Source of the DNA: Cyanophora paradoxa CCMP329
Lineage: Eukaryota > Plantae > Glaucophyta
Assembly (NCBI GenBank): GCA_004431415.1
Contig: QPMI01000393.1
Location: 1-64,000, forward strand
DNA: 64,000 bases
Direction: 5' to 3'
The notes under the pieces are model-generated. The model was not told the origin of the DNA and made no database searches. It was given only the letters and a program-made list of their open reading frames with translations. This document shows, one piece after another, positions 23,962 to 36,954 of the stretch; within the stretch, counting starts at the first letter, position 1; each line of letters begins with the position of its first letter. A program made the translations under genes and the position numbers.

Positions 23962-26227
23962 TCAGAGCTTGCCAGTGCCAGCAAGGTCTTCAGAAGCACC
24001 AGTGGCCTTCCTGAGCGCTTCGTCCGCAGAGGGCTTCGAGAGGGATGCCCCGGGCGCAGCCTCCTCCGCCTCCTCTTCCTCCTCCTTTTTGTCATCTTCC
24101 TCGGGGAAAAGAAGGGAGAGGGTGATGCCACCGCCAAGAACGCCAGCCACGACGGACAGGGAAAGATACCTGCACCAACGATTCAGATGAAAGCATAACG
24201 TGGGAAGAACCCGTTGATCCGGCAAGTGCTAATATCGAATAGTGCATATCTAGCTTGCTTAAGATGGCACGGCGCCGATTCCATGTGGCCCTTCTACGTA
24301 GAGCTGCCCGCCGCGTTCAGACTCAGGCGCACGTGGAAGTGTGGAAGCCAAAGTAGTCGGCGACCATCTTCGCGCCGACGAAGCCCAGGACGATGGCGAG
24401 GGACGGCTGCAGGTACCGAAGGCCCGCAAGCACCGTCGAGATCAGGAAGAAGAGGGACCTGGCCCAGCCGGATGAGCACGGCCAGCGAGCGTGGTGGGTG
24501 GGTGGGCAGGCGGGCGCACCGGAGGGAGAGGATGGCGAACATGTTAGAGGTGAAGACGATGAAGGGGTCCGAGGTGACGCCGAAGACGGCGGGGATGCTA
24601 TGGAGCGTTCGAATAAGAAAAGAAAAGAAAAAGGAAAAGAAGGAGAGGGGTACCTGTCGACGGCAAAGACGACGTCGGAGAGCTCGATGACGATGAGGAC
24701 GAGGAGGAGGGGCGTCGCCTCGCCCATCGCGTTGAAGAACCTGCGCGTCTCCTTCCGGTCATGTCTCGCACTAACACCACGGCTGGACGCTGAGCGCACT
24801 TCTCGCCGTCGTAGTGGTCGGAGACCTTGACAAGCTTCCGCGCGAAGAGTACGATCTGCGAAAGAAGCGATTCGTGAGCGCAGAGAGACGACAGAGAATG
24901 ACACGAGGCCAGCGAGGCGGCGCGCCTTGTTATCCGAGAGATCCTCCTCATCGTCGTCGTCGCCCCCTTCCGTGAGGAGCTGCGGGGCACGTCAAATTCG
25001 AGGCGGGGCGGGGCGGGGCGGGGCGGGGCGGGGCGGCGAGCCTTGAAGGACGACCAGAGAAGCACAGCCGCGAAAACGAGGAACAGAGCCTCGAACTGAA
25101 AGGGGTATCATTTTGAGAGGGAGAGGGGAGGGGAACGCGGGGAAGGGGGGGGGGTACCCGCTCGAGGGCGGCGGCCCCAAGGCCGATCATGACGGCGCGC
25201 ATCGCCGCGGCGCCGATCAGACCCCACTTCAGGACGCGCTTCTGAGACTGCTGGGGAACCTGTACAGGGGGGTACGGTGAGGGGCGCGCAGGCGGTGGGG
25301 GGACTGGGGCCAAGCTGGCAGGGGTACCTGGAAGTAGTTGAAGACGAGGAGGAAGACGAACAGGTTGTCCACCGAAAGGCTCTGTTCGACGATGTACCCC
25401 GAAATGAACTCGGCCGCTGCGGGTACGTCGTTTGGAGACCGGGGGAGAAGGAGCGCGGGCCCGGCGGACCCTTCTCGGCGCCCTGGAAGTAAGAAATGCC
25501 GCCCGCAAAGGCGAAGGCCACCGCGAACCAGCACGCCGTGTTGAATATGGCGCTCTTGGCCTCTTTGGCATCCGCATCTGCGCCTACCCGCGTGAGCAGG
25601 CGCAGGACGGCTCGGCGCTGTGCGGAACGGACCGTCGAAGGAGACCGTCAGCGGGCCGGAGCGGGGCGCGGGGGCCGAGAGCTGGTACTCCTGCTCATCC
25701 GAGTCCGTCTTTCGCTCGCCGCCGGCCTCCGCCACGATGCGCAGCGCCTGCGCGGAGCGAGCTCGGCGCCGGCGCGCCACGTGAGGGGGAGATCCGCACC
25801 CGGCGGGCGTGCTCGAAGGCCCTCCGCGCTTGATGAACGCAGCCTGTGCAAGAAGACTCCGAAGCGACCCGGAAGCGGCGGCCGAGGGCCGGCGACGCGC
25901 TGAAGCCAAGCTGCCGCTGTGCACGGGGCGCCGAAGGGGCCAGCCGGGTCGAGTGTGCCTACGAGAGGAACGCAGGACTCAGCACCAGCGCCGACGCCGA
26001 CGCGGACCCGTGCGGGGCGTTGCGGTGCTCTGGGCGCAGCCGCACCGGTGCATATAATGCGGAGCTCAGCGGGCCCGTGTGCCTGCAGGAAGCAAGGCGG
26101 CAGTGAGCGACATCCAGAAGAGGAGCCGCAGCGCTGCTCCGGCAGCGCGGCGACGAGGCGCGAGGGGGGGCGGCGGATGGGCCCACCTGATCCCGGACAG
26201 GGCGCTCAACGCAAATGCTGACGCCAT
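23962..26227 (-). CDS. TERC: TerC-family integral membrane protein (thylakoid TERC-like) with a putative plastid transit peptide
   Basis: [111 protein letters not shown]. The Ser/Ala/Arg-rich N-terminus starts MASAF. Confidence 0.9.
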
Positions 26228-26490
26228 TGCAGAATGAGGCGACCGTGGCCGCGCTCCAGACGATGCCACCGCGCACGCCCTGTACCCGTCGTGAAGGCGT
26301 CGTGTACCCGCATTGCGGTTTTCCAAACCGCTGCCTAGGCCTTTAGTTTGGAGCCGAGGAGCTTGGAAAGTGGTAGCAGTACTGCGCCAGCGCCAGTCCG
26401 GCCCTTCCGCGACCGAACCATCGTATATCCTGCTCTGCAAACGGAGCTCCGAGTAGAACCTTGATCTCTTTAGCCAGGAGCAGCATAGGG

Positions 26491-29400
26491 ATGGGCGGTC
26501 GAGGCAGCAGGAGTGGCCTGCTCCTCGCCCTCATCGGCCTTGCCGCTCTGGCCATCGCCGACGCCCAGCTCAAAGAGTACCGCACCGGCGATGGAGTGCG
26601 TTCCGTTTGACCTGCCTTTGTGCCTCATCTATCCCGCCCGCCTGCGCCGCGGCCCCGCCACCGATCCGAAACGCTCGTCACCCACGCTCCGCCCGACGCG
26701 CAGACGGGAAACAACGCCAAGAAGATCAACATGGGGAAGGAAGGGGCCCGGTTCTACCGGACCCTGCCCGGTGCCCAGCTTCCTCCGGCGCCCCTCGTGC
26801 CAGCCGTTTCCTCACGCCCTGGCAGCCTATTACAGCGACGGCATGAACATCCCGGTTCCCAATGTGTCGCCGGTGCGTCGCAGTGCCGGCCGACGCGGAT
26901 GGTCCCGCTCAGCTAGAGGTTGCGAACTACTCCTCGCTGACCCGCGCGTGCCCGCACAGCGGCTCGTGTCCGAGCGACTCTTCTCGCGGGGCCCGTTCGC
27001 GTACAACCAGCAGTCGATTTCCTTCATGGCTGCCGCCTTCGGACAGTGCGTCGCGCTCTTCCGCCCGTCGGCCCGCGATCCGCTCAGCCGCGCCGCTCCG
27101 CAGGTTCGTGGCTCACGACCTCATACTGACGATGGACACCGCGGAGCCGTGGCCCATCCCGGTCCAGCTCTGCGACCGCGTGATGGATCCCACGTGCGAC
27201 GGCTACAACATCACGTTCGCGCGCCTGAAGTACGACCCGGCTACGGGGAACGACCTTGAGGCGCGCGTGCCGCTCAACGGACAGACCTCGTTCCTCGACG
27301 CTTCGACGGGTGCGATCCGCCATCCACGCGCTCCGCTCCGCTCCGCGCCCGCCTCGCCGCCGCGCCCAGCGCCCGCCCCTTCTGACCGGCCGCCGCAGTC
27401 TACGGCCCGAACGACGCCCGCTCCCGCCTCCTGCGCACTTTCACGTGCGTTGGCCCCTAGCGCCCGGGCGGCCGACCGCCCCGCTCGATCCGCCTGACCG
27501 GCCGGGGGCCACCGCTGTGCAGCGGGGGCGAGCTGATCGAGGACCCCACCGACGGCTGCCCCACGAACCCCAACGGCCACGCGATGGACGGCCACAACGC
27601 GTTCACGAAGCAGCGGCTGACGGGGGACGTGCGCGGCAACGTGAACCCCGGCATTCTGGCCGTCCACTGCACGTTCGTGCTGGAGCACAACTGGTGGGCG
27701 CGCAAGCTCGCCAAGGCGAACCCGTCCTGGTCGGACGAGGTGCTCTACCAAGAGGCCCGCGCCCGTGTCATCGCCGAGGTCCAGGCCATCACCTACCAGG
27801 AGTACATCCCCGTCGTGCTGGGGTACGCGGTTTCCGCGGCTCCCGCCGTCGCGTCGCCGTCGCGCCGCCGCCGGGCCGGGCCGGGCCGGCCTGACGCCCC
27901 CGCAGGCAGCTGGCGTCGCAGATCCCGGCCTACTCGGGGTACAAGGCCGACGTGGACCCCAGCGCCGACCTCTTCTTCGCGATCGCTGCGTACCGGTACG
28001 GCCACTCGGGCATCAACTCGCTGTACCTCCGGCTCGAGAAGGACGGCTCCATGATCCCGGGCGGGCCCGTGCTGCTCCGCAACGCCTTCTTCAACCCGTC
28101 GTACCTCATGGACGGCGGCATCGCGTCGCTGCTGCGCGGCCTCATCGTGCAGCCGGAGGCCCTCATCGACACGACGATGGTCGACGACGTCCGACAGGTC
28201 CGCGAGCGCCGCGCTCGCTCGGCGCCCCGTTCGTTCGCCCGCCCGCCCGCTCGCTCACGGCCGTCCCCGCCGCAGTTCCTCTTCGGGCTGCGCTCCGACC
28301 TTGCCGCCATCGACATCCAGCGCGGCCGCGACGTCGGCCTGCCCCGCTACCGCCGCGCCCGCCAGTACTACGGCCTCTCCGTGCCCACCTCCTTCGGTGC
28401 CGGCCCCTTCCCGCTCCGCTCCGCTCCGCCCCGTTCCGCGCTCACGCCGCCCCGCCCCGCCCCGCCCCGCCCCGCAGCGGACATCACAGACGATGTCCAG
28501 GTGCAGCAGGCGCTGGCGGACGCCTACGGCCACATCGACAACGTCGACGCGTGCGCGCAGCGCCTCGGCGCGATCTAAGGCGATCCCGAGGCCGCCGAGC
28601 GCTGACGGCCCCCCGCAGCTGGGTGGGCGGCCTGGCGGAGAAGCACGTACCCGGGGGCCTGGTGGGACCCCTCTTTGCGGCCTCCATCATCGAGCAGGCG
28701 ATCCGCACGCGGGACGGCGACCGCTTCTGGTTCGAGGGCTACCTCCCCGCCGAGCTCGTCGCCGAGATCAAGTCCACGACGCTCTCGGACATCATGGCGC
28801 GTGCCGTCCCCGGCATCGGCGGCTCCGGCGTGCGCACCTCCCTCCCCGCTCGCTAGCCCTTCGTAGTCGGATTCCGACCTGATCCCGTCCGTCCTCGCTC
28901 GCCGCAGGCCATCCCGCGGCAGGCGTTCCGCGTGCCGACGGCGGGAGCCTACTGCTTCACGGGCGCCTGCCCCAACGCCGGCCCGTCCTCGCCAGCGACC
29001 GCCCCGACGGGGACGCTCCCCTCGACGGGCGCCGCCACGCCTGCGCCGGTCATCACCAACGGGACGGACTCTTCCTCCTCCTCCTCCTCAACGACCACGG
29101 CGCCGGCGGCGTCGTTCGTCACCAAGGAGATCTCGGACTCGCTGACGTTGAAGCACTGGCCGATCGAGAGCAACCAGGTGCAGATCGAGTTCTCGCTCAA
29201 GGGCAAGGGCTGGGTCGGCATCGGCATCGGCTCGGGCATGGTCGGCGCAGACATGACCATCTGCCGCTACCCGGACCCCGCCGCGTGCGTCGCCGCTGCG
29301 CCCCCTCCCGCTCGCGACTCTCCTCACTCACGCCCGCCGCGCCGCGCAGCACGGCCGGCGTATGCGAGGACTACTCCAGCGGGGGGTACGTCGTTCCCGT

Positions 29401-32400
29401 CAAGAAGGGTACCCAGACGAGCACACTGGTGCGCCATGACCACGTACCCCTGCCCCGCGCCTCTTTCAAAGCTCACGCGCCGGGCGCCAGGTCTCGACGG
29501 CGCGCGACTCGTCGACGACGACGTACACCTTCAAGCGTCTCGTGGGCACGAGCGACCCGGCGGGTGAGAGAGAGCCGACCAGGCCCTTCTCTCGCCACAA
29601 AGCCGAATCCGTCGCCTCACTCGCTGCGCCCGACGACGTCGCGCAGGCAAGTCGATCTCGACGTCGGGCACGACCAACGTCGTCGTGGCGTGGAGCACCG
29701 ACTCTGACACCCTCGCCTACCATGTGCGCGCCGCCCCTGCGGCGTCCGCCCGATCGTCGCGCCGTCTCACGTGGGGCTGCTTCCACGCGACAGGGCCCCA
29801 ACCGCTTCATCGGGACCGTCGATTTCACGGCGGCGCAGGCCGCCTCGACCACGTCCACCACGACGACGTCGTCCTCGTCGGCTTCCTCGTCGACCTCCTC
29901 CTCGTCCTCGTCCTCCTCCTCGTCGTCCACGGCGTCAACGACAACGACGACGACGTCGACGGGCACGACGACGACCGGCATGGGCTCGGGATCGGCGACG
30001 GTCACGGGCTCCTCGGCGCGCACGTTCACGGGCGTCCACATCATGCACGGCACGGCGATGTTCGCCGTCTGGGGCGGGCTCGTCCCCGCCGCCGTCTTCA
30101 CCATGCGCTACCTGAAGCACACGTCCTTCTGGCTCACCTTCCACAAGGGCGGCATGACCCTCTCGGCGGCGCTCACCTTCTCGGCCGTCGGCTCCGTCCT
30201 CTCCATCGGGAACCAGACGCCGTACCACTTCGTGCTGGGCGTCTGCATCGCGTCGCTGCTCGCCGTCGAGGTGGTCCTGGGCGTCATCACCGCCTACTTC
30301 CACTCGTCGGAGAAGGCGTGGGGCCTGCGCTCGATCCTCAAGCGCCTGCACCCGATCGTCGGCTACCTGCTCATCCTCCTCGCGATGGCAAACGTGTGCA
30401 TCGGGCTCAACCTCATGCAGTCGCCCTACTGGGCCATCGGCGCCGCGTGGCTCGGCTTCCTCCTCGTCGCGTTCGGCATCGCCGAGGTCCGGCTGCAGCG
30501 CGAGCGGCGCCAGTCGGCGGACGCCAAGTACCGCATCGCGGACCTCATGCCGCGCAAGCTGACGCCGCTCACTGTTGAGGAGGTCCGGCAACGCGACCCG
30601 CCTTCGCGGCCGTGGCCGGCGCTGACGTCGATGTCGCCCGCGCCGCCCACGCCGCGCAGATCGACCGGAACATCAAGCTGGGCGCCAAGTGGGTCACCAT
30701 GGGCCCCTACGTCTACGACGTCGGCGAGTTCATGCACGACCACCCGGTACCCCTTTTCCCGCCTCGGAGATGGCGGTACCCCCCTTCCGACCCGTTTGCG
30801 CCGCGCAGGGCGGCCTGAACTACCTCCTGCGGTGCGTGGGCCGGGACATCGGCTACTACTTCAACGGGTCCGAGTCGCTGGACGGCGACCGGCCGCACGT
30901 GCACGGGCGGCGCGCCCACGAGATCCTGGCCCGGCTCGCCGTGGGCATCATCGACAAGAACGCGGCAGCCGCCGGCAACGACCTGATGGTGCACACGGGG
31001 CGCGACCGGAGCAAGCGCGGCAGCATCAGCACGGTCGGGTACGAGAGCAAGGCGGGGCGGCGGCGGCGCGAGGAGAGCGAGGGGGCGCCGGGGAGCCCGG
31101 ACGCCCCATCCGACGACGGGTTCGAGAACCTGTCGGACCGGGAGGGCAAGCCGGCGCGGCGGCGGCAGCGGGACCTGCCGCCCATCAAGCTGAAGGGGCG
31201 CCACCGCAACCAGGTGGTGCCCGTCGACGACGGCGCCGGGAACGAGCACGCGCCGCCGCGCCGCGCGCCGGCCCCGCGCCGCTCTGCCACCGTCGCCTCG
31301 CCGTCGTCGCCGCCGCAGTCGCCGCCGCTCGGGCCGCAGCGCGGAGGGCGGCCCGTAGCCTCCGTCTCCTCCACCTCCTCCGCCGCCTCCCGAGAGTCGG
31401 AGGCGGCCAAGGAGCCGGCCCCCGGCGACGCCCTCATCATCAACCTCTCCACCGCCGCCGCGCCGCCCCGCCCCGCCCGCCCCGGCCCCGCGCCGGCCCC
31501 GGCCCCGCCCCCGCGCTGCCCGCCGCCGCCAAGCGGCCCTCCCTGGGCTCGTCCTCCCAGCCGGCGGCCTCGGGCCCCGTCGGCTCGTACACGCTCATCG
31601 AGCGGGAGCTGGTCACGAAGACGGGCAAGCCGGTGGCGCGGCTGCGCTTCCGGGCGCCTCGGCGGCCGCCCTCGACCAAGAAGGACGTCCGGATCATGGG
31701 GGAGTACTATGAGGTCTTCGCCACCGTCGACAACCAGGAGGTGCCTAAAAATACACTAAAATACACGCCTTTCAATTCCACCTAACAACCGAACGCGCGC
31801 CGCAGATCTCGCGCTACTACTCGGTGTGCCAGGTCAACATCGAACCCGAGGACGAGGAGGGCGAGGGCGTCATCGACCTGTACGTGAAGCGGTACCCCAA
31901 CGGGCGCGTCTCGACGTTCCTCCACACGCTCCCGAGTGCGTGTTTACGCGTACCCCTGTCCCCCGCCCCCCCCCCTCCTCCCCCGCCCTGCCCCTCGCTC
32001 CTCCTTTCGTGCCGTCCGAGGCTGAGCGGAGCGGCCGCCTCTCGCGCAGTTGGGCAGACGGTGCGGATGACGGGGCCGATGGGGATGGGCCTGCGCCTCA
32101 CGCCCCACACGCGCGGCAACCTCGTCGCCATCACCGCTGGTGCGCCGCGCCGTCGTTCTTCGATCCCGACGCCGTCGTTCGTCGATCCCGACGCCGTCGT
32201 TCGATCCCGACCGCAGGGACGGGCATCATCCCCTTCCTGGACCTGATCTACCACCTCACCTTCTCCCCCTCCTCGAATGTCACGCTCCTCCTCATCGCCT
32301 GCTTCGAATCCGCGGCGGACATTCTGCTCCACGAGTGGCTCGAGGCGTGCAACGCGCACGCCGCCGGGTCGCCCGAGCGCCGGCTGGAACTGCACATCGC

Positions 32401-32605
32401 TCTCAAGACGGCGCCGCCGGACAGCCACTGGGACCTCGAGAAGCACCACATCACGGGCCGCGTCACGCCGGCCATCATCGACGGCCTGCTGCCCGTCGGC
32501 GGGCCCGAGTCTCTGTACATCTGCGGGAACCAGCGCTTCAGCATGGAGATGGGGCGCGTGGTGGCGACTCTCAAGATCAGCCCGCAGCGCGTCGTCGTCC
32601 TCTAG
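26491..32605 (+). CDS. Signal peptide + animal-type heme peroxidase + DOMON + cytochrome b561 + cytochrome b5 + FAD/NAD(P)H ferredoxin-reductase-like fusion protein
   Basis: Peroxidase: YRTGDG/TGNN, FGQ/FVAHD, TSFLDAST/VYG, GDVRGN, AAYRYGHS, IQRGRDVGLP, RDGDRFWFE. DOMON: GWVGIGIGSGMVGADM..LAYH. b561: IMHGTAM, FHKGGM, YHFVLG, LHPIVG. b5: VYDVGEFMHDHP/GG..HVHG. Reductase: SRYYSV, LYVKRYPNGRVSTFL, TGPMG, AGTGIIPF, YICG. Confidence 0.85.
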
Positions 32606-33789
32606 AAAGAGACAGGTTAAAACAGAACCCGTTTACTTGCTTATTTACTAGTACTACTTCCTGATCCTAAGGATTACCTAGAGCGGGCGCGCCATCTTCT
32701 TTCGCGTAGCGCTTTCTTTGCTGCGTGCTCGTAGTGCTCTGATCTCGCGGGCCGTACGCGTGGCGTGGGGTGCGGTTAGTCAGTCCGCCTCTGGGCGACT
32801 GTTCCGATGTATTCATATACAGATCTAGAGCCAGACGTGTCTCTCTTCTTGCGTGCAATTAGGCCAGCTCCAGCTTAAATTATGCAGAATTATGTAGCTC
32901 TCCAGGGCTAAAGACTATATACTAGCCTGTAGCTGTTATTTGGTTCTCGCGTTCTCGAGCGCGTTTGGTCGTGCGTGTGACTCAGTGAGGGTTCGAGTGG
33001 CTAGTCTGCGCAGCGGCGATCGGGAGCTGCGCATGCTCTCCCCTCTCTTTCACAGTGTGTTTCATCGATATATATCGGGAGGCGAACTTTAATTTGTACG
33101 GTTGTATTCATGATTGCTGTATTTAATTTGTACCGTAGTACGACTCAGTTGTAACTGCTTCGCCAATTTGCAACAGTCACCGTGGCACTGAGCCATGATT
33201 ATATGCTTCATGCCATGATATCGCGATCGATGGCATTGGACGCGCTCATGATCCGATGACTCAGTGATCATCATCGATCATCATCATGGCATATGCATAT
33301 GCATGTATACGTACTACGCCGTGACGGTATGCATATGCGTGTCTTTATCATGATCCGATGATCAGCGCTAGCCCCGCCGGGCCGGGCCCCGCGGCGGCAC
33401 GCGCAGCGCCGGCGCCGGCCCGGCGGCCCGGCGCGCGGATCCGCAGCGCTCCGGATCCCGGAGCCCGGCCCGCCAGTGCGCCCCCGGGCCCCCGCGCGCG
33501 GGACGTGCACGATCGCGATACTGTTTAATTCATTATTACGCCATGGCATCACATTTAATTTACAATATCGAAAGGCGAAAGGTCGAAAGTCGAAAAATAT
33601 ATTACTATATCCGGTGCTCATGAGACTTGAGCTCGCCGGGCTCGAGAAACCAGAGCGGAAGCGAGAACTCATGATCACTGACTGGTACTTTATCTAGATC
33701 TTCGGGCTTACAATCAGCTCAGCATATGGCTCACTGGCCATGGAATCCGAAGCTGCCACTGAGCCTGCCAGGCCGCGGGCACATTGAAT

Positions 33790-35566
33790 TTACTGGTGGC
33801 GCGAGAATGCCACAGCGACGAGGGCACAAGCAACGGAAGCCAGCGCGCCCCAGACAGAAGGTGCTTGCGTGCCGGCCAGGCTTGGTACGAACGGCCTGCG
33901 TCCGACCCGGACATGCAATGCCGTCAACCCTCGAGCAGATTGCACAAATAAATATTTTAATGAATGCGAGTTATGACGCACACGTTGACGGTACCGGTTG
34001 ACGTCCACTGGAAGGCCTGCGCACATGGAAAAAACAATTGACGCAAGGGACACGTGCACCGATCATGGAGACTATGAGATGTTAATCATTAAATTTTCTC
34101 GCACGTTCGCGAGGGTGAACATCTGCATGAAGCGAACACAAACCCAGTGAGCCTTGAGACAGGGGCCAGAGCGGAGAGTGATCGTGTATAAACATTCATT
34201 ATCATTACTGATTTGAGCGGACTCACTTGGAAGGCGTCGTTGACGCTCTTGATCTGGAGGCTGTAGCCGGTGCCCTGGGAGAACTGGAGGAGGCTACGCG
34301 TCGTCTGCCGGTTGCAGTTCGCCGAGAAGGGCGGGACGCCTGCGCATGCGCGTACGAATAAGGTAATAAGATAAGAGATGACAGTTTGTGTGAGACCGAG
34401 CCTGAGCGGAGCAACATTTGATTTACGCACGGAAGGCGATCTCGGTCGAAGAGACGATGCGGGGGTTGAGGGCGGGGCAGCTCACGCCGGACGACGAGAC
34501 GATCAGGATCTCGATCGGCTCCCCGACTGGGAACCCTTCACCGTAAAGGCTCACTTCTCCGCCCGTCTGCGGAAGCACAGGATGTGATCAGTATCGGCTG
34601 CAGGAGTCACCGGGTCTTTTGGCGTCCTAGGCCTTCAAATTAAACAGCGTGTCCAGCAATTTTGCAAACAGCGCGGGCCGTGCGCACGGGAGGGGCCTGG
34701 ATGACTGGCCGCGGGAGGCGGGCGGTGTTGGTCGCGTCGAACTCGAGGGTGGTGCCGGGCAGGCCCGTGCTGACGCCCTGCACGATGATCCTCGTGATGT
34801 TGATCGTCTGCGGGTGTGCAACGGCAAAGGCGCATGGGACTCGCGTCAGTTCGAGAGGCATGGAATATACCGTAGTACGTATATACACGATTTCAATTTC
34901 GTGTACCTTGTGGATCGCGGGCGTAGCCGCGGCCGGCTTGGCGGTCGGCGCCGGCGACGGCGTGGCCGTGGGAATGGGAGCAGTGGGAGGCGTGGTTGGG
35001 GTCGGGGGGCCAGCGCTGGGAGTCGGGGTCGCAGCGGCGGCGGTGGAGGGCGACGGGCTGGGGCTGGGGCTCGGGCTGGGGCTCGGGTCTGCGATTGCGG
35101 AGGGGCTCGGCGATGGGCTGGGGCTGGGCGAGGGAGACGGGGAAGCGGACGGCGACGGCGAAGGCGACGGCGTGGCTTCAGCTGGGAACACGCAGACGTT
35201 GCTCACGTTCGTGGCCGGGGCCTGGCAGGCGCACGCGGGGCGCGTGAAGGTTACAGGAGCCTGGATGAGCAAACTCCGTCGAACAAACATATTGACTGCG
35301 ACAGTCCGGTACATCTCCTGCCCGTTCGTGCAGTTCAAAACGCAGTAAGCCGGTGTTCCTTCGGTCCAGCCCCAGTCGGTGGTGCTGCCTTCCGCCCAGG
35401 AAACGGTCACGTTGGGAGCGTTGCAGCTGCAGCCCTTAGCATTGCCGCCGGATGTTCCCACAGGTTGGCTGACTGACGCATCGCACTCCGTCTGAGCGCT
35501 GACAGCGGAGATGCCGAACGCCACGATGGCGGCGGCGAGAAGCAGCACGGCGGCGAGCTTCGCCAT
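33790..35566 (-). CDS. Secreted Cys-rich/(SP)n glycoprotein with an IPT/TIG-like domain and C-terminal hydrophobic (GPI/TM) tail
   Basis: Signal peptide MAKLAAVLLLAAAIVAFGISAVSA, Cys-rich domain and (SP)n/TP stalk. Later exons encode PQTGGEVSLYGEGF..PRIVSSTEIAF/GVPP (IPT-like) and WGALASVACALVAVAF*. Confidence 0.65.
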
Positions 35567-36169
35567 CCCGGACCGGAGCTAGCCTGGGGAAATTATTAGG
35601 AATCCCGCGCACGATTGTCGCGATCGGACTCCGGGACTCCGCGGCCGCCGGGATCCGCCGGAATACCGGTCGCGGGGGGGTAGTACTTGAAAGTTGAAAC
35701 TCCGGCGCCTTACCCGAATTAAATTACCGGGACTCGGGAATTTAATTTTGCGGGTCTCTAAATTGCCGTAAATTGCCGATTCGACAATTAATGTTGTTAA
35801 AAAAAGTTGGGGTAAACATTTTCTTAGGCCGCCGTAGATCGAGCAAGCGTCTGCATGGCCTCGAAATTAAACCCCAATTATTTTGGGGTCTTAAATTACC
35901 CGAATTACAGTACGCGTAAATATATTTCCTGCTTTACAGTAATATATCGTGCGCACTAATATTGTGTTTTTACGTTCCGAACCGCACCAACTTAATTAGT
36001 AATTCAACGGTTGATCATGAACTTCCGAGTTCCTTTTTTTTGAAGTAACTCCGGCGGCGCCGGCCTAGGCCTAGGGTACCGGTTACCGCACCGACAATTC
36101 GGAGCTTCGTCAGACGGTCCGAGGTAGGGTTACCGTCTGACGGTAATGTCGGCCCCCCAGCCTCCGACA

Positions 36170-36553
36170 TAGGGTTACCGGGCCGAAATTTCGGCCGGCC
36201 GAAATTTGCGAAAGATTCGAAATTTCGGCGACATTTCGGCACCCTCCGATCCGAATTTCGCCGAAAGAGAATAAAATAATCAATAAAGTATTTGGAATAT
36301 CCATATTTCGGCCGTGGAAGTGGGGGGTTGGGGTGCCCGGGGGGCGGGGACTGGCTAACTGCGCCCGTAGGCACTGCTAAACACACTAGTAGGCATTGCT
36401 AGGCAGTCTGTTTTAGGTTAAAGGGGACTCAACATGTTGTTTAGGGCGGGGGCTCGCCGAAGTTTCGGCCGAAATTTCGGAAATTTCGGCGGGCTGATTC
36501 CGAATTTCGGCGCTCCAAAATCCGAATTTCCGAAATTAAATTCGGCAACCCTA
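36170..36553. mobile_element. hAT-type MITE, 384 bp, with 8-bp TSD
   Basis: Ends are TAGGGTTACCG... and ...CGGCAACCCTA, flanked by identical CTCCGACA (36162-36169 and 36554-36561), with internal AATTTCGG subterminal repeats. Confidence 0.85.
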
Positions 36554-36954
36554 CTCCGACATCGACAATGTCGAATGTCAGGTGGATTTCGGTGCGATCC
36601 GACAGAGGGGGGGGGTAGGGGTCATCTCCGCCGGCAGAATGCGCCATAAATTATATTTTAAGGCTTCTGGTGCTCCAGGAAGTTATTCTAAGCATGTCTG
36701 AACACATTCCCCACCTTGGGAATCCATTGAAGCGTGGGTTCTAGGTGAGCGACGGACCGGCGACGGCAGGGAGGGGGCGAAAAAAGCATTAAAAACTATT
36801 TAAAAATGCATTATTTTAATCATTATTTTCGACATGTCGGTCGCCCTCGCCGACACCGCACCGACATTCGACATTGACGACCGTTTGACGAAGCTCCGAA
36901 TTGTCGGTGCGGTAACCCTACATTCGACATACGTACTGTACATATATGCATGTA

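Noticed and set aside
26491-32605. Calling the fusion gene DUOX/NOX
   Set aside because: It has no EF hands or NOX ferric-reductase membrane motifs. The membrane part is DOMON-associated cytochrome b561 and a cytochrome b5 domain is present.
23962-32605. Functional metal-homeostasis link between TerC and the redox fusion
   Set aside because: Divergent pairing is the norm here for unrelated genes, and the two products are predicted for different compartments.
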